Assembly (NCBI GenBank): GCA_964036045.1
Contig: OZ038378.1
Coordinates: 180,854,001-180,918,000, forward strand
Direction of reading: 5' to 3'
From: Eutreptiella sp. 'Long Island Sound 2002'
Lineage: Eukaryota > Protista > Euglenida
Length of the DNA stretch: 64,000 nt
Under the pieces are notes generated by a model, which saw only the letters and a list, made by a program, of their open reading frames with translations, did no database searches and was not told the DNA's origin. Within the stretch, counting starts at the first letter, position 1, and each line of letters begins with the position of its first letter. The position numbers were made by a program, and so were the translations under genes. Below, one piece after another: positions 1 to 9,671 of this stretch.

Positions 1-2520
1 AAATACTTTGCAGTTTGTGTCCAAGGCCCCTAGCACAATGTAAAGTCACAGGTCAGTGTCGTTCAGGCCGTTGCCCAGTATGGGGGAGTGAGTAGCTCTG
101 AGAATGAGGGTTCCTACTGAGTTGCCCAAAGGGGTTGGGTGGGTCCTATGAGACCCAGCCACCCCCACCCCTGTGCCCAACACCCCCCTGTGCTTGTTCC
201 CCCCAACCCCACTGCCTCTGCCTCTATGTCCCAGCCCCACCACCCCTGTGCCCAACACTGTGCTTGTAGCCCCACCCCCACTGCCTCTGCCTCTTCACAA
301 GGTGTCATCTATTCAGAGCATGCCAGCTGCTCATGTTTCAAAGGACCTGAGGGCAAGGCAGTGAGGGTGAAGCCCATAGGAAACTGGGGTGGACAAGCAA
401 ACTGGCACAACACAACTGTCACAACCATTTGGTTTAGGGAGAACATGGTGCAGAAAAGCATTGCTGAGCACATCAGAATTTGTGTGTAATCGTGTTCATG
501 TTTGGCTTGCTATGCCTTACCACATTGGCCTTGAGGTAACACTTGAAGGTGTAGAAAGTGCCTCACATGTTTTGAGTGGTCACACCATCTAACAATTGTG
601 ACTCAGTGTATCCCATCCTTGATGAAGAGACCACATTTTTTGTACATGGTGGTCCAAGCTACACCACCTGGCAGTGGCAACTTTTCCAACACTACTCTGA
701 ACTTCTGTTGGAAGCAAAGGACTCTCCTGAGCTCATGTTGCAATACAAAATGGCCGACAATTCAATCCCAGTACGATTCCCAAATGTGAAGGGTCTGAAA
801 TGCCATCCTCATTCGTGCGCAAAGGTAACGGGAGACAGCGGAGAAAAATTGCAACCCGTGCTCAACACTATGGCCATGTATCAATCGTCCACCATATCTT
901 GCTACTTTTATGTGGCATGGAAGGTCCTGCTGGCCATGTCGCAGTGTTTTCCACTAAACAGCATTTTTTCCATCTGGATGTTACCATTTGTTGCAAGGGT
1001 TTCTCTTGATCCGTCTGCTATCATCAACTTCACTTTGCATGCTTCCTGGTATTATGGCACTGTGCATGTGCTTTGTCTTTTGATTGACCACCAATTGTGC
1101 AGTGGCTTCAAATGCAAGGCAGTCCCAGGGAGGGGTGGGGGGGGGGGGCGCCCCGCCAGCGCCCTATTCTCCTCAGATGATCTGTTGGACACCACCAGTC
1201 GCTTACCCTTGCCCTTTCCTAAATTTGCTTTGATAGGCCCCTAATCTTTGATCGTGGCCTCCTGGCGACATGTGCTTTGTGCATGCTTCGGAGTCCAGGG
1301 CAAGTTCCACAAAAGGAGTTCCTCCTTGCGGTCTCATTGGTCGGAACGGTAACCCCAACCTGAGCCAGGGTGTAGTCGGTTGGCATGGTTGCTCATTGCG
1401 CATTTGCTTTTTGGTCTGCCATTGAAACTGGTAGTAGCGGTGGTACATGGGCCATGGTGAAATAAACCATAGTCGGGGATGGATGCTAAGGTAGCTTTGT
1501 TGTTGGACCTACGGGAAATAACATACACATGCAGGCGAACAAGCAGGCTGAATGAGAACGGAATATCGATATGCAGTTCTGTGCGACAGATGTGCACATA
1601 TGCATAGCCTCGCAAAGGCGTTATAATGGAAACCTCCTCAACATGGGAGGATAGAGTGTTATGGCACATAAAATTGTCCGACTGACATAAACAAGGGCAG
1701 ACAAAAGTACCCGGCACAGGCAGGGGGTGCATGTGTGTGTGCATGGCCAGATGTGATGATGTGATGCGAAGCTGGTGGTTCATGCCATATGATATGAAGA
1801 TCTTGGATTCAGGCTTTCGGAATTGCACTGCACGCTCGTGCACCAACATCTTGTACAGGATAGACTCGCTCCAAAAAAACCTAGAATCACAACCTTCACG
1901 TGCAATGACGAGGTGGAACCTGCCCCACGTCTGTCCTCCGTACCGCTGGCATGTCTTTGGGTGGTAGCACTGTACCAGGAGGCAACGGTTGATGGGCAGT
2001 CGCAGGGGCTGGTTCGTGGCAAGAACAAAGCAGCACAAGCCGCAGGGCGAATCGATATTGGTATTGGTGTACTGGTACCACCCCTGACCAATCATGAAAC
2101 AAACAAACAGGGCACATACAGAGACTGCCACACGTCAGTGCACAGGGCTTGTGGCAGGTGGGATGGGAGGACCACGAGGAGCGGGTCTCCTGGATGGGGG
2201 TCCCTTGCTGGAACCTCAGTGATGGGTCCAGGTGTGTGTGTATGAGGGCGGGAGTGCTCCCCTGATGGCTGCGGACTGCAAACCGGTTGCGTCTCGCTGC
2301 CACTTCAGAACTGGCCCTGAATCGTCGATCTATCTGCACTCACTGCCTGTACAGGTCATGTCACAAATCAGATGCATGGCGCTCCGTTTGTGCATGGTTC
2401 ATAGGATAGCCACACATCTCCTAAACTGGTTGGCTGGATGATGAAAACCAGCCTCGCTTCATGCCGTTCGTCATACCCATTTACATGGGCACAACGCAAC
2501 ACCAACGGGTTGGTTCGTGG

Positions 2521-3864
2521 TTAATCCTTTCCCAGCAGCTGTGCCAGGGTGGTAACCCCGAAGCGCTGCGGGGCATTGGTTTCCTTGACGTCCTTGCCCA
2601 CCAATTTGCCTTTCACAACGTACTCCTTGCCCATGTGGGTCTGCGCCCAGGACATCACCATGTCCATGACGGGGGTGTCGTAGCCGACAATGTCAGCAAT
2701 GCCCTTGTAGATGCAGAGACCCAAGGGGATGTCTTCCGTAAAGTAGCGGTTCTTGAAGTCGGGCACCCAGCCACCACCCTCCTCCTTCAATGGGGAGCGG
2801 AAGCCCTTGTAGCAAGGGGCGGTGGCAAAGAAGGTCTTTGTACTTGTAAGGTCCGGCTTGTCATCCTCGTAGACCCATCCGAGGAAGTCTTTGATGTGCG
2901 GGATCTTGAGGTCCACACCCGACTGCTCCTTGATGGTCTCTCCGATCATCTGCAGCTCCAAATTGACAGCGTCCATCAGTCCAGCGCTGGCCTCATCAAT
3001 GGCCTCATAGAATAGAGGATTCTCCGGCAGTGTTTTACCCGGGCGCCACTTGTCGCAGATGCGGAACACGCGCTGGGGATGGATGATGGCATTGATGGGG
3101 TACATTGTGGCTGCCAACAAGTGGGCCAGGGGTTCGGAGCTCGCCTGGAACATGCACGCCGTGATCTCGCAGCACTCCGCAGTCTTTGTGGGTGGCAGGG
3201 CTCCCACGCGGTACTTCTTCTTAAGGACCTGCACATGCACCTGCTTCCCAAAATCCGTGATACGGCAGTTCAGGGGCATGGGCATGACGGCAAAGAAGAT
3301 CAGTTCCTTCATCTTTGGCCCTAGCACCTCACGAGCCACCCAGTCAAAGCCGCCCTGGCCGGGGGTTATGCCCACGTATGTACCGGGCTTCACGTGGTCT
3401 TTGAGGTCCTTAAGTACGCTGGGATACGCAAACGAGGGCAGTGGCATGATCAGCACATTGCACTCCGGCACCACCTCTGCAGGGTCCTTGGAGATCTTAT
3501 CAGGCTTGCCCATAGTGATGGTGTCGTCTGACCAGTGGACCTTCATGCCGCCCTGCTCATTGATCCCCTTTCGGATCCTCTCCGCCTCGTCACCGAACCC
3601 GCACCACATATTGCACGGGATCCCGAACGAGGGCAGGATGCAGGCGAAGGCCTGGGCGGCGTTCCCACCACCAACAATGCACACCTTTTTGATCAAGGGG
3701 CTAATGGGAACCTTGGGCCTTTCATGCATAGCCTTCTTGGCCATCCAGTCATGCAAATATGGCAGAGCTGCTGCCGGTTGATCCTTCACAAGGCCTGTGA
3801 TCATGTCGTTGATCAACTGTGGTACGTTGTGCTGGACCAAATAGCTGAGGTCTTCGGTACTCAT
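2521..3864 (-). CDS. odh: D/D (RIIa-like) domain + NAD-dependent opine dehydrogenase (octopine/tauropine DH family), copy 1, 447 aa
   Basis: Starts MSTEDLSYLVQHNVPQLINDMITGLVKDQP..ALPYLHDWM (PKA-R D/D pattern). Then Rossmann motif VCIVGGGNAA, PLPSFAY, PGQGGF, AIIHP and RYFTEDIPLGL, the conserved Gln/His/Arg/Asp motifs of opine dehydrogenases. ATG at 3864 is preceded by a pyrimidine tract and CACACAG acceptor. The ORF-track extension to 4005 runs through a (GT)n microsatellite that is frameshifted in copy 5, so it is non-coding. Confidence 0.93.
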   Translation of the reverse strand: MSTEDLSYLVQHNVPQLINDMITGLVKDQPAAALPYLHDWMAKKAMHERPKVPISPLIKKVCIVGGGNAAQAFACILPSFGIPCNMWCGFGDEAERIRKGINEQGGMKVHWSDDTITMGKPDKISKDPAEVVPECNVLIMPLPSFAYPSVLKDLKDHVKPGTYVGITPGQGGFDWVAREVLGPKMKELIFFAVMPMPLNCRITDFGKQVHVQVLKKKYRVGALPPTKTAECCEITACMFQASSEPLAHLLAATMYPINAIIHPQRVFRICDKWRPGKTLPENPLFYEAIDEASAGLMDAVNLELQMIGETIKEQSGVDLKIPHIKDFLGWVYEDDKPDLTSTKTFFATAPCYKGFRSPLKEEGGGWVPDFKNRYFTEDIPLGLCIYKGIADIVGYDTPVMDMVMSWAQTHMGKEYVVKGKLVGKDVKETNAPQRFGVTTLAQLLGKD

Positions 3865-3885
3865 GGTGACAAGATCAAAAATAGC

Positions 3886-3962
3886 CTGTGTGCAGTGGTA
3901 CATAAAAAATTCAGATTGACATACACGAGGGGAGACAACAGGAGATGGCACAGGCAGGGGTT
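3886..3962 (-). promoter_or_regulatory. Putative SL trans-splice (or 3' splice) acceptor of odh copy 1, same in all copies
   Basis: Minus strand reads cccctgcctgtgccatctcctgttgtctcccctc...tttttatgtaccactgcacacAG|gctatttttgatcttgtcaccATG, with the AG 21 nt upstream of the ATG. Confidence 0.65.
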
Positions 3963-4337
3963 GCATGTGTGTGTATGTGTGTGTGTGTTCATGGGCCAAA
4001 CCCAAATTTGCTTATGACAAACATCAATTTGTTTCTGTGGGGGAGGCGCTCAATACCCTTTTTGGCTTCTGTCTGTATGACGGCCGCTGGTCTTTCATAA
4101 GCTACTTGTGCCACTTTCCCTTTTTGATTCTTTGTACCTATGTTCATATCTCAGATGTGGATGCAGTGGTCATTGTGAGAGAGTCCAAAGGATTTATTGC
4201 ATAGGATATGTCTCTCGTGACGGTGCATGCATATCATGGTCCAGCTTGTGACCTAAATGCCACACAGCAGGAGCAAAACATATGGTGACACCCTGAAAGC
4301 TAGCTTGCATCCCAACAATCTGGTAAGATCCGGAAAT

Positions 4338-4518
4338 TCTCCCTCCATCTCCCTACCATCTCCCTACCATCTCCCTGCCATCTCCCTACACTTCCCTTCA
4401 TCTCCTTCATCTACTTCCAGTATACTTCATCACTCAGCCATCTCCCTTCATCTTTGTGCATCTCTGTGGATCTCTCTACATCTCCCTACATCTCCTTACC
4501 ATCTGCCTACATCTCCAC
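4338..4518. repeat. CT-rich (ATCTCCCTAC-like) microsatellite; copies near 11490, 18105, 26140 and 31968
   Basis: Degenerate CCATCTCCCTAC units with copy-number differences between array units. Confidence 0.85.
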
Positions 4519-5320
4519 TATAACGGAGAATGTATTCCTAAAGTCCATGGGGGGGGTAGGAGATATGCCTCCAAATGCAAAACTGTACTAACGATCCAGG
4601 CCGTTGTTTGATTCTGCAGATGAGTTGCGGTGGGGCTTTTTTTGGTTGGCTTTTTTGGGGGGGTGGATTTTTTTTTTGAAAATGTGGGTTCCTTGTCAGG
4701 GACCCTCACTCACCCAACCGTCAGCATACACTGTGGGTCTGCTGGCTGGGTCCCATACTGCTGGTGCCAGGGGCGCAGGAAGAGAATGTTTCTTTTGATT
4801 TTCCTTGTGTTGGTCAGTCAGACAGCTAGTGGGTCTCTCTGGGCACGCACCGTGCGCCGTGTGAAATTTTGGACACGTTTTCTCCGCTCGCCTAGGGAGC
4901 TGTAGACCTGGCAGTGCTTTCCACCAAACTGTTTAACACAGATGAAATGTAAATTCAGCCCTTGTGCCCAGAGGAGGGCATGCAGAGATCCAAGTTGGCT
5001 GAAGTGATTGGGACAGTGGGCAGAAGCCCTGCTGTTCAAGAGCAGAGAGTTATCAACAGCTCCACCACAGTGCTTATGGTAACAGAGGAATCACAGATCT
5101 TTGGCTGCCTGCAAAACTTGTGTCCCGATGGGCCACTGGGTGATGTGTGTTTGCAATGTTGGGTGATAACTTGGCGACTTGGAATTCTTCAGCAGCACCA
5201 TTGGGGCTCCTGTGATGGGCTCTCATGCTTTCCTCATTGCCCTCTCACCAACAGTAGCAGCTAGTGGCAGCTGAGTACGTGTCAATATGATCAACATCCA
5301 CGGCTGAAATTGCGAAAAAC

Positions 5321-6942
5321 ATGTCGTGTTCTCAGAATTATCCAATGTCCAAAACAATGCAATGTAGACAATGAAATTGTCTTGCAGGTGTTACTCCTTG
5401 ATACCCGTAGCCTCGGAATCCAAGTCCACGTTGATATATGAACGGATGAATTGAACGAAAGGAGTCCGGAAAAAAATAGACACTCAGAAAGTGGAGTGAT
5501 GGACTCCTTCCCCGATCGTCAGGCAGCGGCGAAGGGTACATACACGCAAGAAGGGGGAGGGTTGATGCTACAAGGATACACAATGGCAATAGTACCCTGC
5601 GGCAATCCTACACCCAAAAAACTGCCTACCGGTGGTGGAGAATGGCCTACTTTTCGCACAGCGCGCGCACAGCGCACGGTACGCCCCCCAATAGGGGGGG
5701 GGGGGGGGGCAACCGGTGGTACCTAGAGATAGAGCCCGGGAGCCCCACCATTGGTTATGGGGTTCATTGACAAGAAAAAAGTGGAATGGGACCTGCTTCC
5801 CGTATTGACAGCACCGCGCACTGCACCGCGCGCACCGCGTGCGTCAGAGGATGCAACGCTTTAGTGCAATGTACACCCTTTCAGAAGGTAGGAGAAAATA
5901 CATTGAAATGGGAAACTTTTGTGCATGCATTATCACCACTTCCCCCAGATTCTGCCCCCAAAGCGTGTTTTACCCGTACACACCAATAGCATCACCTAAC
6001 CATTGCATACAATGCACACTGGCCAAGTTTCAGCAACTTTTAGTGTGAGCATATATTGTGTGCGCCGGGCTGACATCGCACCGCGCGCTGCACTGCGCGC
6101 ACCGCGGGGGCACCCTCATTGATAAGTATCGGCCCACCCAAGTTTTGCCCACCATGGTGCAAATAGGCCCAAAACGGTGCTACTTGGGGCCAACAGGCAG
6201 CACTAGGAGGGCCCCATCTGTGCTCCATAGCTCCCCATGTGTTTATATGTCGTTCCATTGTCACCACATGATTACCCAAGCCTGGACCAAGTGTTCCAGG
6301 CGGTCGCCATGGGTCACCAAAATAGCGCATTTTTCAGCCAACCAATCCGGGGCAATTTCAAGCAAAAACGGTGATTTTGTGTCTTCCAAAGGAGCGATGA
6401 GCAGCCCAAGACAGAGCTACAACAAGGAACAACAACGAGGCTGCAATAAACATCCCTTTACATTCTAGCATTGATAAACTGTCAGAACACCCCAAGTCCC
6501 ACCCCTCCAGGGGGATACCACATGGTCATTAAAACCGCCAAAACTGCCAACATAAGAAAAATGATTGTAAACTGCATAAACTACATTAGCGCTCACCCAC
6601 ACCGCCTAGAAACAAAGCCATGGAGTTGGGCCCAAGGCCAAGTTCTTGCACTGGGTGCGCACTGCGTGCATATTGCGCACGCAGAGGTAGGGATACTCAC
6701 TCAAGAATACCTGTCACCTATCTAGTACCACGGCGAAGCAACAAAGCCCACATGAGAACAACGAAACTGCCTTCAACTTGGCAATCAACTGTCATTATGA
6801 ACAAGCCACTCAGCCTTGTAGAATACAACTATGCAAGGGCATGCAAGATGCACACATGTTCAAGTGGCAAGTGCCACACTCCGATACATTAACAGGACAG
6901 TGGCCACACAATTGGCAACAAAACACCGTCAGGAAGGCCCCG
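5321..6942. other. 1.6-kb foreign segment replacing ~170 bp of spacer 1; contains the SL relic and GCAC/GCGC-rich repeat fragments
   Basis: Spacers 2-4 read ...gcgaaaaac taagcgttc...ccac tggaaacacaagg, whereas spacer 1 reads ...gcgaaaaac atgtcgtg...ccccg tggaaaacacaagg. No TSD. Confidence 0.85.
5467..5492 (-). other. Euglenid spliced-leader exon sequence, as a genomic relic rather than an SL RNA gene
   Basis: Minus strand ACTTTCTGAGTGTCTATTTTTTTCCG, one base different from the Euglena SL as I recall it (ACTTTCTGAGTGTCTATTTTTTTTCG). It is followed by GACTCC, not the GT donor expected in an SL RNA gene. Confidence 0.85.
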
Positions 6943-7614
6943 TGGAAAACACAAGGGTGGGTGTTTCTCAAGGGGGAAGGAGGGTACACTAACACTGGTT
7001 CTCCATGCCCTTTAGATGCCACTGCATTTTGTTCAATAACTTGTGTATGCTGTGCCATATGCCATGGCCAGGATGCATTTGGCCCATGCCCATCGTACCT
7101 GATTGCCCAGTTACACTTCCCACCACCCATGAAGGCTGGTGTTTGCCTAATGACCTGCTGAAAAATGTCCTTCACAATGTTGCATATTTGTTCTACCTCA
7201 TCCAGGTGTCGCAGCACCTGTTGACACTGCCGGTGCCACATTTGGGATCGCCGACTGCGTTAGTCTGAGAGCAAAATTGCACGTTCACTGACCTTTGTGT
7301 TTCTCCACAAAGGTGATCACTGTTTCACATTCCACTGGACAGGGACCAACACAGGGCTAACTGCATTCAGAGCAAGAGTTGCAGTGAACAGGGAGGCAGG
7401 CTCCTGCCGTCTCGGCAGCCATGGAATGGGGAAGACTCAAGAAGGCTACACAACACGCTACCCAAAGCAGGAAAGACTCAACATGGTGAAACCCTACCAT
7501 CTTAGGTTTTGTACTGCAAGGAGGACTGAAATTTGCCATAAACCTACCCAATTTTGCACAAGGTGCCCATTTCTGTACCCCCCCACTCAGGGTTTTTCTT
7601 AACCACAGGGTCAC

Positions 7615-8248
7615 TTGGAGGGTCTCTAGGGAGGGTCCGGGTTGCCCGTGAGGGTCTTGCGGGAAGTTGTGAGTCTTTCTAGATGGTCTCTGCGGAGGGT
7701 CTTCCTAGAGGGTCTCTGAGTAGGGTCTCTGTGGAGGGTCTCCATAGAGGGTCTCTGAGGAGGGTCTCTGTGGAGGGTCTCTGTGGAGGGTCTCTCGAGA
7801 GGTCTCCCTAGGATCTGCTTGGAGGATCTCTGCAGAGAGTCTCCCTAGAGGGCCTCCCATGGGGTTCCCCTGGGAGGGTGTCTTGGAGGGGTCTCTGTAG
7901 AGGAGCTCATGGGAGGGTCACCTAGAGGGTCTCCAAGGAGGGTCCGGGTCTCCTGGGAGGTTGTGAGTCTCCCAAGATGGTCTCCATGGAGGGTCACTGT
8001 GGAGGGTCTCCATGGAGGGTCCACTTGGAGGGTCTCTCGGGAGGTCTCCTGAGAGAATCTCCTTGGAGGATCTCCGCAGAGGTTCTCCTTGAAGGGTCTC
8101 CCTGCAGGCTCCCGGGAGGGTCCAGGTCGCCTGCGAGGGTATCCTGGGAGGTTGTGAGTCTCCCTCAATGGTCTCCCTAGATGGTCTTGATAGATGGTCT
8201 CTGTGGAGGGTCTCCTTAGAGGGTCTCTTGGGAGGTCTCCCTGGAGGA
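7615..8248. repeat. G-rich GGAGGGTCTC-type satellite, spacer 1
   Basis: Dozens of degenerate GGAGGGTCTC / GGAGGATCTC units with strong G skew. Confidence 0.9.
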
Positions 8249-8251
8249 TTT

Positions 8252-8555
8252 CCGACACACAATAAGAAAATCCCTGCTCCCACTACCCTTGCAAGAACAA
8301 TGGTAAAAGCACTGAAAATGAGAGAAACAACGCCTCCTGTTGTACTGACAAGGGCGTTGTTTGCGCGCACCGTGAACTGACACAAGCAGCAAAGCAATGC
8401 ATCACTGAGGCCCAGACAGCCATCCCTATGGAGGTGCATCAAAGTCATGTACTGAAGAGAGGAGCAAAAAGTAGCAGGACAGTCATCAATGAAAAGAGAA
8501 AAATGGCGGAAAACACCTGGTGTTGTTCTGACAAAGGCATTGTTCTCACAGGGGA
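8252..8555. repeat. Dispersed repeat with core GTGTTGTTCTGACAAGGG; in spacers 1-4 and also at ~45448-45549, ~61499-61550 and (reverse) ~57815-57850
   Basis: Shared motif actgaagagaggagcaaaaagt...gaaaacacctggtgttgttctgacaa(a/g)ggcattgttctcacaggg recurs outside the array. Confidence 0.75.
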
Positions 8556-9671
8556 TTTGCTTTTTGGCCTGCCATTGAAACTGGTAGTAGCGGTGGTACA
8601 TGGGCTGTGGTGAAATAAATCATAGTCGGGGATGGATGCTAAGGTAGCTTCGTTGTTGGACCTACGTGGTACACATGTGAGTGAAAAAGGAATGTCGATA
8701 TGCAGTTCTGTGCGACGCGATCATGTGTGCATAAGGCAAAAGCGTTTTAATAGAATCCTCCTCAACATGGGAGGATAGAGTGTTATGGCACATAAAATTG
8801 TCCGACTGACATAAACAAGGGCAGACAAAAGTACCCGGCACAGGCAGGGGGTGCATGTGTGTGTGTGTGTGCATGGCCAGATGTGATGATGTGATGCGAA
8901 GCTGGTGGTTCATGCCATATGATATGAAGATCTTGGATTCAGGCTTTCGGAATTGCACTGCACGCTCGTGCACCAACATCTTGTACAGGATAGACTCGCT
9001 CCAAAAAAACCTAGAATCACAACCTTCACGTGCAATGACGAGGTGGAACCTGCCCAACGTCTGTCCTCCGTACCGCTGGCATGTCTTTGGGTGGTAGCAC
9101 TGTACCAGGAGGCAACGGTTGATGGGCAGTCGCAGGGGCTGGTTCGTGGCAAGAACAAAGCAGCACAAGCCGCAGGGCGAATCGATATTGGTATTGGTGT
9201 ACTGGTACCACCCCTGACCAATCATGAAACAAACAAACAGGGCACATACAGAGACTGCCACACGTCAGTGCCACGGCAGTGCATCGTGCCTGACAGGGCT
9301 TGTGGCAGGTGGGATGGGAGGACCACGAGGAGCGGGTCTCCTGGATGGGGGTTCCTTGCTGGAACCTCAGTGATGGGTCCAGGTGTGTGTGTATGAGGGC
9401 GGGAGTGCTCCCCTGATGGCTGCGGACTGCAAACTGGTTGCGTCTCGCTGCCACTTCAGAACTGGCCCTGAATCGTCGATCTATCTGCACTCACTGCCTG
9501 TACAGGTCATGTCACAAATCAGATGCATGGCGCTTCGTTTGTGCATGGTTCATAGGATAGCCACACATCTCCTAAACTGGTTGGCTGGATGATGAAAACC
9601 AGCCTCGCTTCATGCCGTTCGTCATACCCATTTACATGGGCACAACGCAACACCAACGGGTTGGTTCGTGG

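Noticed and set aside
576-1244. 222-aa plus-strand ORF
   Set aside because: No recognisable motif, and it crosses the 930 boundary into sequence that is joined to unrelated DNA at 14669.
3865-4005. 47-aa N-terminal extension of the odh ORF (MGLAHEHTHTYTH...)
   Set aside because: It runs through a (CA)n microsatellite and the splice acceptor, and is frameshifted in copy 5 while the downstream CDS is unchanged.
2461-4017. Plus-strand 184, 243 and 160-aa ORFs repeated in each unit
   Set aside because: Antisense shadows of the odh CDS with no domain features.
4596-5248. Recombinase-driven invertible switch (phase variation)
   Set aside because: No inverted repeats at the breakpoints, sequence lost at both junctions, and no recombinase in the window.
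5467-5492. Functional SL RNA gene
   Set aside because: No GT donor after the exon, no evident Sm site or linked 5S gene, and single copy.
7845-8601. Pro/Arg-rich ORFs of 137-227 aa in each spacer
   Set aside because: Translations of the GGAGGGTCTC satellite and adjacent dispersed repeat.
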